Assembly (NCBI GenBank): GCA_965215885.1
Contig: CBDCEW010000091.1
Location: 43,775 to 107,774, forward strand
Length of the DNA: 64,000 nucleotides
Source: Candidatus Moanibacter sp.
GTDB taxonomy: Bacteria > Verrucomicrobiota > Verrucomicrobiia > Opitutales > UBA2987
Direction of reading: 5' to 3'
This document shows, piece after piece, positions 38,923 through 48,445 of this stretch. Every line of letters starts with the position of its first letter. Within the stretch, counting starts at the first letter, position 1. The notes under the pieces were generated by a model. That model made no database searches. It saw only the letters and a list, made by a program, of their open reading frames with translations, and was not told where the DNA came from. Both the position numbers and the translations under genes were made by a program.

Positions 38923-41278
38923 ATGATTGGCCAGACCATCACCCATTACCGCATTACGGACAGGATCGGCGCAGGTGGCATGGGCGAGGTGTACCGGGCC
39001 ACCGACACGGTTTTGAAGCGTGAGGTAGCGCTGAAGTTTTTGCCCGAGGAACTGGCGCGGGATGAGGTGGCCCGCCGTCGCTTCCTGCGGGAAGCCCAAT
39101 CCGCCGCTGCTCTCGACCACCCGTTTATCTGTCACATCCACGAAATTGGTGAAGCCGACGGCAAGGACTTTATCGCCATGGAATATGTCGAGGGCCGGAC
39201 TCTTAGGGACCGACTGGCTCCGGGGCCGCTCGCCATTGCAGAGTGCCTCAAGATTGCCCTGGAGATCGCTGAAGCCCTTGAGAAGGCACATCAGAACAGG
39301 ATTGTACACCGGGATCTCAAACCCTCCAACATCATGCTGACACCGGACGGGCACGCTAAGGTGATGGATTTTGGTCTGGCCAAGCGTGTGGCGCGAGAGG
39401 AGGAAAATAGCGAAGAAGCGACCCTGACCGGTCTGACGCGGGAAGGATCGACCGTCGGCACCGTACCCTACATGTCGCCTGAACAACTCAAGGGAGAAGA
39501 GGTGGACACCCGATCCGACATCTTCTCCTTCGGGATCATTCTTTACGAGATGCTGGCCGGGGTGCACCCGTTCCGAAAGCCCGAGGGGATAGAGACGGCG
39601 GGAGCGATTCTGCACAATGAGCCGGCGCCGCCGGCACGTTACCGGGAGGGGGTCTCCGAAGTTCTGGGACACATGCTCAGAAAGATGCTGGCGAAGGATC
39701 CCGGCGACCGCTACCAGTCGGTGCACGAGGTGCAGACTAACCTCAGGATGGTGAGCGGCGAGTCGGTGCCGCCCGACCGGGATGAAGAGCCGCGACCGGC
39801 ACTCCGCAGATCGAAAAAGAGTGTCGTCCTCCTGTCGGTGCTCTCGGTGGTGGTGTTAGCGGGCTGTATTCTGCTTTGGGTGCGTCAGGCTGAGGAGCCG
39901 CCAGCGGTCACCGTGGAAGGAAAAGCCGACTCTGGAAAGGTGACGGTGGCACAGTCGGAACCCACACCGGGCATCGCGGATCACGCATCTCGTATCCCGT
40001 CGGAGCGTAGCGCAGACCCTGAGCCTGCCAGCCCCGAGCCCGGTCGAGGGGTCGAAGGGGATCCCGCATCCCGTCGAAGCGTAGCACAGACCCTGAGCCC
40101 GTCGAAGGGCATCGCGCATCCCGCATCTCGGGACAGATCCATCGCCGTTCTCCCTTTCGCCAATCGAAGCAACCTTGAGGAGGACCTCTTTTTCACGGAC
40201 GGGATCCACGACGACCTACTCACCCGCATCTCGCGCATCCCCGGAATCAGGACGATCTCGCGGACCTCGGTCATGCGTTACCGGAACCCGGTCCAGAACA
40301 TGCGGACGATTGGAGAGGAACTCGGCGTAAGTCACATCCTGGAAGGGGGCGTCCAGCGCGCGGGCGACCGGATCCGCATCAACGTGCAGTTGATCGACAC
40401 TCTGGCCGATGCGCACCTCTGGGCGGAGACCTACACCAAGGTGCTGACGGCTGGGAACGTCTTTGAAATCCAGAATGAGATCTCCCGGGCGATCGTGGAC
40501 ATCTTACGGGTGATACTGTCTCCCGAAGACAGGGAACGCATGGATCGATTGCCCACGGAAAACCTCGTGGCCCTCGAGTCCTATTTCAAGGGAAAAGTAG
40601 GTTTCTTTTTGTACACCCTCCAGGGAGCGGAAGAGGCGGTCGTTCATTTCGGAAAGGCGGTCGAGTTGGACCCCGGGTTCGCGTCTGCCCAAGCTATGCT
40701 CGGTCGAAGCTTGCTGAGAAAATTCTTTTATGCCAAAGCTCATTCCGACGATCAGCCGGTCATCGAAGCAGAGTCCCATATCCTGAGGGCGGTGGAGTTG
40801 GACGACTCGTTGAGCGAAGCCTATGCTGCACTGGGAGGCTGCCTTTCCTTCTCTTTTCGATCCGTCGGTTGAGCTCAATTATCGGAATTTCCACGCCGCG
40901 AAGGAGGTCGCTCGGGTATTGATGGCGATGGGCGAAAGCGATCAGGCCAATCAACTGATTGAGAAAGCCCTTCCGCTCGCGAAATCACTTCTGAGAGGGC
41001 CTGGCTATTTTGAGATCCCTCGTGTCTTTGAGGCAACCCTTCGCTCCATTGAGGGCGACGAACGGGAAGCGCTGGACGCGATCAGGCGATCTTGGGGTGG
41101 TCGGTGGTCTCCATACGAACTCTTGCTGATCGATGAGCTGAAGCCAATTCTGGACCATCCCGAGTACCAGGCGATGGCCGCGAAGCGAAAGGCCGAGCTG
41201 GCGGTCCAGTTGGAGCGTATCCGGGAGATGGAGGCCAACGGTGAACTGGCGCGGATTCCGGTGTTGGAAGGGGAATAG
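38923..41278 (+). CDS. Ser/Thr protein kinase - TM - TolB-N-like - TPR protein, broken near 40845
   Basis: [35 protein letters not shown], TPRs. C-terminus in ORF 40823..41278. Confidence 0.85.
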
Positions 41279-41378
41279 GGCAATTGCGTGGATCCTTTGT
41301 TTTTCACGATTTTTGGAACTACGAATAGCGCGAATCTGCGCAAATGGGGAATGAATCCGTCCCGGTCGGACCGAAGCT

Positions 41379-43754
41379 CAGACCTCACTATATTGCCCCT
41401 CTAAAGGCACTATGCAATCGCAAGTTTAAATCCCGATTTTTTGCCCAGTCGGAAGATGATTCTTCGGCCTGAAACCGTCGGGCATCAGTAAGGGCTTCTC
41501 ATTGAGAGTTTGCAGATACTCAAGCACCACCGCCTGCACCCGAGGGGGATAAGTTGCGGTGGGGAATAAATGCGCTTCGACCGCACAGCCCCTCTCTATA
41601 AGAAACGCCGTCACTGTGAGTCAAATTGCGAAACAGATCGTGGTCGTCACGATAGTTGTTGTAGCGAGCTTTAAAGGGTTCGAGCTGCTTGTAGAAGCTG
41701 TTACGGGCGAAGATTTTCAAGGCATCCATGAGGGACTTGTTAGCGGTGTCCAGGCGGACATAGTTTTCATCAATGAGGCGCTGCAGCCTCGAGCATTCGG
41801 TGTCGATTTGCGCCAGTTCGAGTTGGAGGGCTTTGAGGGCCTGATCGAGTCGACGGATCTTTTCGCCCCTTGAGGCGCTTTTGCCCGGGTGGGCATGCTC
41901 GGCCAGGAGCAGTCTTTTCAATTCTTCGGTGCATTGCTGTTTTTGCTTCAGGAGGGCTTTGGCGGCACCGCTTTTCTCCTGCTTGTCCTCAAGGTGTTGG
42001 GCTAATCGCTTGTAGTGGACGGTGCGATAAGAGGTGATCTGATTAATCCCAAAGTGCTTATCGAGGTATTTGAAGTCATTCTCCTGAATCCAGCGACTGA
42101 ACATCCCTTTGATTACCTCTTCATTTCGGGCCTGCTGATCGGTCGCCAGGATGCTCACGGTAATGGTTCGATTTTTTGGATTGGTCGCCTCCACGATCCA
42201 CTGCACCAGTTGAGGATTTTTCTTCCAGGGGCCCCGCTGATAGCGAAGATGATACTCCTGGAGATCTTCGGCATGGTTGCGCGCGCGCTGCAGGCGCAAC
42301 TGCCCGTCGATCCGTTGGAGGGGCTGGGCGCTGGCCTTGTAACCTTTTTCCCAGGTAATGATTTCGAGTTGAGGATGCTCCACGATGGCTTCGTAAAACC
42401 ACTCCGCGGCGATCGCCCGGTCCACGTAAATGCTCACCTTCTTATCAGCCGGCAACTGCACCAGCTCGAGCATCGCTTCGCAGTTGGGGATAAACCGTTC
42501 CCTTATATCCTCATAGTTGTCGGTACTCGCAAAATAGATCGGATAGCCCTTGAGGGTATGAATAAAATCGCTGTGGAGCGCTTTGTCGGCCAGACGGATA
42601 CCCGGACACCATCCCGCCAGCACCTTGCTCATTCCGGTGTAATGTTTGGTGTGCGGATCATAATAAAAGCTCTCTTCATCCGAAGCATTCAGGCCCCTCG
42701 CGTTCACTCTGAGGATCTCTCTTAAAAGCCCTTCATCGGCCAGGGCGCTAAGGCTTTGGCGTTGCAGATAGGGGGTATACAGGACTCGCCCGATGAGTTT
42801 TTGCAGGTCTTCGAGATCGAGCAGTTTGCTCTGCTCGATATTGACCGCGGCCAACAACCCGCAAGCCACCCATTGTTTCAAAAGCCAGCCCTCTTCGCGA
42901 TCAATCTGAGCGACTTCTCTGAGCGCGGCACTGAACAGAAGTACTCCCAGGTGCCGATACCATTGCACCGCTTCGGAGCTCTCCCTCGAAAAATCGGGAG
43001 ACTCCTTGCGATTGTCCCCTTCGCTTTCGGGGCTATTTTCTGCTTCTTGCTCCTGTTCGTCCCTCCCCGAGTCCTCCGGGCAATCCCAGGGAGTCTCCCG
43101 ATTTTGCGCCCTCTCGGCTTCGGCCTCCTTTGCCCGGGCCTCTTTAAGCTCCTTAAAGACAGGGCGCAAAGTTTCCCCACTGAGGTTAACTCCGAACACC
43201 TCCTCGATCTCCCCCCGTATCTTCTTGCTGTAGCCATACCGACTCTCCCCATAGATCTGCCCGAAGCGCACCCGCCCAAAACTCCGGATTTCCCTCGTCA
43301 ATTTGCGATGAGCGCTGCGTCCCGCCAGCACTCGCGCTAAGGTCTCGGCATCTCCGCTTTGAAGCGCCTCCCCCCACCGCTTCATCGTTTTGGGGTCAAC
43401 CTCAAATTGCTTCTCTAAGCGCCCTTTCTTCAACCCCGCATTGTAGAGGCGCCCCACCAATAGCTTGAATTCAACTTGCTCCCGATCGTCCTCTACGACT
43501 TCAAAAAGCTCATGCCCGTAATAGACGTGCAGTTTGCCTTCGCTCAGATCCCGATAGACCGTGATCGAGGGATGACCCTTGTCCACTCCAAGGATGCACT
43601 GTAAGAAGGTCTCTTCTTTGACGGTAGGTTTCTCCATTTTTCTTCGAATTTGATGGTTCGAAGATGAAGCCTACCGTTTTCTTTAGCTCTTAAAAGCCGG
43701 GAATTGTATCTGCGATTGCCCCCTGCCCGCCAACCCGCATGATAGCGAGTTCTG
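41379..43754 (-). mobile_element. Unclassified DDE IS, copy 2 (2376 bp) with 5-bp target duplication
   Basis: Same TIRs as copy 1. AAGCT at 41374-41378 and 43755-43759. Confidence 0.92.
41410..43637 (-). pseudogene. Transposase copy 2 with two +1 homopolymer insertions
   Basis: Extra A near 41473 and 41604 relative to copy 1, otherwise near-identical. Confidence 0.8.
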
Positions 43755-43770
43755 AAGCTACTGAACCCCT

Positions 43771-44052
43771 TCATTCATGTTGTTTCATCCAGTAATCTCT
43801 AAACGCTCGAAGCCGAGGAAGCGTCTCGCGATCGCTAATCCGGTCAGCTGCTGTCTTGCTGGCAATTATGTCATCGAGATGACACACCGGGAAGCCCTCC
43901 ACTTCGACATGCCGATTCCAGGCTTCCTCGAAATCTTCTATTCCGTCTGGCGCAAATATCAGATCGAGGTCGAAAGGACCATTCTTCAGCTGAACATTGT
44001 CTTTACCGCTCTCAATTTCAGCGGCCTGGACATAATCAAAGCGTGCGGCCAT
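43771..44052 (-). pseudogene. Nucleotidyltransferase-like gene lacking its catalytic N-terminal half
   Basis: Retains DIIASK-x4-R-x2-DRE but has no GG/DxD segment. An overlapping remnant CEENLPNWLGYGR lies upstream. Confidence 0.55.
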
Positions 44053-44277
44053 AACCCAACCAATTCGGAAGATTCTCTTCGCATCAGAGCAGGTATTGAG
44101 CTGTCGACTCAAATGACCGGAAGGCTGCATCATCAAGCACAGGTTTATAACTGTTCCTCTCCTTTATTTGATAACTACGAATAGCGCTGCAGTTCGACGG
44201 TGCTCACCACAGGCGATCCGGCTACACCTATCCGCGTCATAATCTATCTTACTATCTGGACCCCGGCAGGCCGGGGT

Positions 44278-45321
44278 TCAGCGCACCTCTTCCGCTTCCA
44301 CCTGATCCGGAACCACTACCGTCTTGATATGATTACCGGAAGGTGAGGCGACCACTTCCGCGTAGCGCTCGAGATTAACGGTGCGTGTGACGAGAGGGTC
44401 GACCTGAATCCTCCGGGAAGTGATGAGGTCCAGGGCGGCGCCGAAAGTGTTGTTGAAAGAACGTCCGCCGATCAACTGAATCTCCTTGCGCCAGATGATG
44501 TGCGGTTCGATTGGAACGGTCTTTCCCGCGCTCGCGACGCCATAGCAGAGAAGGCGTGCACCGATTGCGCAGAGCTTGAAAGCCAGTTCGGTAAATTCCA
44601 TCGATCCCCGGGTGTTGATCACGATGTCGGCTCCCTGTGGAAACTGACGCTCGATTTCCTCGAAAGTTGTGACAGATGTGTCGATAACCTCGTCCGCGCC
44701 CAGGGCAGACGCCATTTGCAGCCTTTCTTTTATGCTGTCGATCAGGACCACCCGTCGGGCTCCCTTGAGATGGGTCAACTGGACAAATACTTGGGCGTTC
44801 AAGCCGCCGCCGAGGATTGCGACGCAGTCTCCCTGCTGGACATTAAGTCGGCTCGTCGAGTGCAGGCAGCAGGCGAGGGGTTCAGTGACGGCGGCTTCGA
44901 CCAGGCTTGTTCCCTCATCGATGAGGTAGCACTGCTCGGGAAATACGGCGGTATATTCGGCGAATCCACCACCCTTCAGGCGCGGGTGTGGTACCCGATT
45001 TTCGCAGAGGTGGGACATTCCTTTGTGGCAGGGTGGGCAGCGTCCACAGGGGCGATGCGGACTCACTGCCACCCTGCTGCCGATTGGCAATCCCTGAACT
45101 TCCTCACCGCATGCGGCAACGGTACCCGCCACTTCATGCCCCGCGATAGCCGGCTCCCTGCGGTTTGCCAATTTTTTCGCGCCCGATTTATGGCCGCTGT
45201 AATCGCCGCCACAGATCCCGCAACCGCCCACTTTGACGAGGACCTCTTCCTCACCCGGGACGGGATCGGCCATGGATTCCACGCGAATGTCTCTCGGACC
45301 GAAAGTTAGCGCCGCTTTCAT
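44278..45321 (-). CDS. Zn-dependent alcohol dehydrogenase (MDR)
   Basis: CGICG, GHE, CGRCPPC..C, EPLAC. Confidence 0.9.
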   Translation of the reverse strand: MKAALTFGPRDIRVESMADPVPGEEEVLVKVGGCGICGGDYSGHKSGAKKLANRREPAIAGHEVAGTVAACGEEVQGLPIGSRVAVSPHRPCGRCPPCHKGMSHLCENRVPHPRLKGGGFAEYTAVFPEQCYLIDEGTSLVEAAVTEPLACCLHSTSRLNVQQGDCVAILGGGLNAQVFVQLTHLKGARRVVLIDSIKERLQMASALGADEVIDTSVTTFEEIERQFPQGADIVINTRGSMEFTELAFKLCAIGARLLCYGVASAGKTVPIEPHIIWRKEIQLIGGRSFNNTFGAALDLITSRRIQVDPLVTRTVNLERYAEVVASPSGNHIKTVVVPDQVEAEEVR

Positions 45322-45392
45322 ATTCGTGTACAGAGTAGTGGCTGTTTGAAGCCTCACGCAAGTCTTAGTCTTGCCGAACAGTGGTCCAGACT

Positions 45393-45517
45393 GTAGGATT
45401 CTGCCGTACGGCAGAACGGAGGTTACCAAAATGCCACGGTCCTTTGAAAATCCGGCTACAGATGGCGTCATTCTTGTAGCCGCGTTCGCAAGAACGTGGG
45501 GTGTTTTCAATAGAATT
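45393..45517. repeat. GTAG-type REP cluster
   Basis: GTAGGATTCTGCCGTACGGCAGAA and GTAGCCGCGTTCGCAAGAACGTGG. Relatives at 8361-8384, 25272-25331 and 38604-38690. Confidence 0.7.
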
Positions 45518-45524
45518 ATTCTTT

Positions 45525-46843
45525 CAGTACTGTCCGGTTATAAGTCAAACAACTCCAACTGTTTAGGAATGCGGTGTTCATTGAAAGTGTAATCGGTTTC
45601 TGTAAGTAGTTCAGTCATAGGAGTTTTCTCAAATAGGGTGAAGCTGAGAATCTGTAGGATTTTGTGCAAACTGATCTCCAGGCGAAGGCGTTTGCGGATG
45701 ATGGCGATGAGCACATAGACGCTGACGGCAATCCAGATTTGAGTCTTCACAGCATTCTCGGAGGTGCCGAAAAAGCTCTTGATGCGCAAGTGCTGTTTGA
45801 TCCATTTGAAGAACAATTCGATCTGCCAGCGTAAACGGTAAATCTGGGTGATGATTATGGCTGGGAGGGCAAACTGGTTGGTGAGAAACACGAAGCGCTC
45901 GGAACTGTCGGGATCGAGGTAAGTGATACGCCGGAGTCTTTCGGGGTAGGCCTTGGCAGGATAGAAGCTGACCAGGGCAACGGTCTGGTCCGAACGCAGA
46001 CCGGTTGATTTGTCGACCTTTTGAGAGTAGAGGCGGCGAAACTGAAAGCCGCGGCGGGCGCGTGTGACGAAGAAAGAACCGCATTGTGCGATCCGATAGA
46101 GGCGCTCGTAATGCAGATAGGCTCGGTCCATTACATAGTAAGCACCGGCCTCGGGGATGATGAGATCCAGAATGTTTACGTCGTGAACTTTTCCATCGGT
46201 AATCTCGATAAAATAAGGGATAGAGCCTCTGAGATCGAGAAGCGTATGGACCTTCACCGCCCCCTTGTGCTTGCGGAAACGTGCCCACGGGAAGAGTGAT
46301 AGACATAGATCGATCGTGGTGGAGTCCAGAGCGTAGAGCGTATTGTCCAGGTCGATGCCCAGATCCTCGTTTGAATACAAAGGACGAGCCATTGCGATGA
46401 GGACCTGTGCAAAGTCGGCGTAGATGCGCCAGTCTCGTTTCTCGTTGGCATCGGCGAGCGTGCTTTTGGATACTCCGCTTCGAATCCCTGCGTGGTATAG
46501 TTTTGGTTGTACTGCCCGCAGGCAGGTTTCGATGTCGCGCAGACTCTCCCGGTAGGTCAACTCGGCAAAACCCATGCAGAGAAATTGTTCGAAGCAACTG
46601 AACTTTTGAACTTTGTAGTCGCCTCCGTAGCGTTGGACGCAACGATGGAACTGATGGCGCGGAAGATAATCTATGATTTGAGAAAAAACGAATCGACCTG
46701 TATACATGATTTGGACCCTCGAAATTTTTGAGAGTCCACAAGGCTTTTTGCAATTTCAAGTCGAAAACAGCAGAAATCATATGTAAAATGTTGGTTATCA
46801 ATCGATTAACCTGCGTTCCTAGAAAAACAACCGGACAGTAGTG
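45525..46843 (-). mobile_element. IS4-family element (1319 bp) with 9-bp target duplication
   Basis: TIRs CAGTACTGTCCGGTT / CACTACTGTCCGGTT. TTATTCTTT at 45516-45524 and 46844-46852. Confidence 0.95.
45538..46707 (-). CDS. IS4-family transposase (DUF4372-type N-terminus)
   Basis: LDST, MDRAY, YRLRWQIELFFKWIK. Confidence 0.95.
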   Translation of the reverse strand: MYTGRFVFSQIIDYLPRHQFHRCVQRYGGDYKVQKFSCFEQFLCMGFAELTYRESLRDIETCLRAVQPKLYHAGIRSGVSKSTLADANEKRDWRIYADFAQVLIAMARPLYSNEDLGIDLDNTLYALDSTTIDLCLSLFPWARFRKHKGAVKVHTLLDLRGSIPYFIEITDGKVHDVNILDLIIPEAGAYYVMDRAYLHYERLYRIAQCGSFFVTRARRGFQFRRLYSQKVDKSTGLRSDQTVALVSFYPAKAYPERLRRITYLDPDSSERFVFLTNQFALPAIIITQIYRLRWQIELFFKWIKQHLRIKSFFGTSENAVKTQIWIAVSVYVLIAIIRKRLRLEISLHKILQILSFTLFEKTPMTELLTETDYTFNEHRIPKQLELFDL

Positions 46844-46850
46844 TTATTCT

Positions 46851-47243
46851 TTAGCTTAGAAGCCTAACGATCCCCAGGGCAAGCCTGGGGGATTCGAGAG
46901 TCTCAAGTTTTTCGGCTACCAAGACCGATCCAACCTTTCCAGAAGATCCTCCGGGCTCGCCCCGGAGAGTCTCAGGTTTTTCGGCTACCAACGCCGCTCC
47001 AACCATTCCAGAAGATCCTCCGGGCTCGTCCCGGAGAGTCTCAGGTTTTTCGGCTACCAACACCGATCCAACCATTCCAGAAGATCCTCCGGGCTCGCCC
47101 CGGAGAGTCTCAGGTTTTTCGGCTACCAACGCCGCTCCAACCATTCCAGAAGATCCTCCGGGCTCGCCCCGGAGAGTCTCAGGTTTTTCGGCTACCAGCA
47201 CCGATCCAACCATTCCAGAAGATCCTCCGGGCTTGACCTGGAA
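46851..47243. repeat. TTAG-hairpin repeat cluster 4: tandem array with 69-bp period
   Basis: One plus unit at 46851, then minus units starting 46943, 47012, 47081, 47150 and a degenerate one at 47219. Confidence 0.95.
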
Positions 47244-47273
47244 AGCATTCTGGTTTAGACGCTTCAGGCACGT

Positions 47274-48123
47274 ATGAAATTCTCGAGACTTGAAAACGAG
47301 CAGAGGGAGTTCTTCGACCAGAACGGATACATGGTCGTGCGCAAGGCTTTGGACGCCGATATGTTGGAGCGGGTGACGGCGGCATGTGACGGAGTGGTGG
47401 AGAAGAATTACAAGGATCTCGGCTCCCGTCGTGCTAGCCTATTAAACGTCCTTCCCGAGGATGATGTCTTCCTGACCCTCCTTACGTGGGAAAAAACCGT
47501 GCCGCTGGTTGTCCAGTTGCTGAGTTTCGACCTTCGCCTCGCAAAGTCACACCTCATCTACAACTTCCCGGACCCTCCGAATGCCAAACCGCCGACCAAC
47601 TGGCACCGCGATTTCACGGAGAGTCCATTTGATCTCGGTCCCCACCGCTACCCGCGTCTGCTCATCAAGATCGCCTATCAGTTGACCGACACGACTTCGC
47701 TCAGCGGGAATACGATTCTTGTGCCCGGGAGCAATAACTACAACCGGCGACTCGAAATTCCAGAGGGGCAGAACGACCCGGATGGCGCCGTCGAGCTCGA
47801 ACTTCAAGCGGGCGACGCCTTTCTCTTCGAGAGCCGTACTTTCCACCGAATCGGGCTCAATCGAAGCGAAGTCCCCAGAAAATGCCTGATGATGGGATAC
47901 TCCTATGGCTGGATCAGTCCGCTCGACTACGACGTGCAGCCGGATTGGCTGTTGGAGAAGGTAACCGACCCCATTGCGCGGCAACTCATCGGCGCCAATA
48001 AAAGGCGGGAGTACGGAAGTAGACCCATGGGCGCTTAGAGAATGGGCTGAAGAGCACGGCATCGAGCGTTCCTCTGATATCGAGTACGAGCGGGTGATGG
48101 CGAGCGCCGCGCCAGGGCCGTAG
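47274..48123 (+). CDS. PhyH-family dioxygenase, probable frameshift near 48010
   Basis: FDQNGY, WHRD, VPGS, FH..N.S...R. An alternative frame continues ALREWAEEHG to TAG 48123. Confidence 0.8.
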
Positions 48124-48281
48124 CTCTTTGAGGGGGTTTTTCCGGAGGCGTTATCGGAGAGCTTGATCGCCTTACCCAAAAGAAGAGGTAAGGTACCAGA
48201 CTTATTTGCGCTAAGAAAAGGGTCTATCACTCGCGAGCGAAGGTTAGTTATTCGGAGGTATAGTTAGTACGGTAGACGTCT

Positions 48282-48326
48282 TTAGCGTAGATACCTAGCT
48301 ATCCCCAGGGTAAGCCTGGGGGATTT
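48282..48326 (+). repeat. Single TTAG-hairpin unit (cluster 5)
   Basis: TTAGCGTAGATACCTAGCTATCCCCAGGGTAAGCCTGGGGGATTT. Confidence 0.85.
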
Positions 48327-48445
48327 GAGATTATGGGGGGAGACTGCCGACACGGCTTCTCTTCTCCACGGATGGACTTACCAGTTTAGATGCGGCTTCC
48401 CCTATATGTTACACTAACGCGGGTGCAGGAACGTTCGAAGCAAAC

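Noticed and set aside
29246..43759. Composite transposon bounded by the two 733-aa IS copies
   Set aside because: Copy 2 has its own AAGCT duplication, which indicates an independent insertion.
46851..47213. 120-aa repetitive ORF, and similar ORFs at 31732, 34054 and 34161
   Set aside because: These are translations of the DNA repeat, whose conservation is at hairpin level.
46851..47243. CRISPR array
   Set aside because: The inter-repeat segments are near-identical to each other rather than unique spacers, there are no cas genes, and the units match the dispersed hairpin family.
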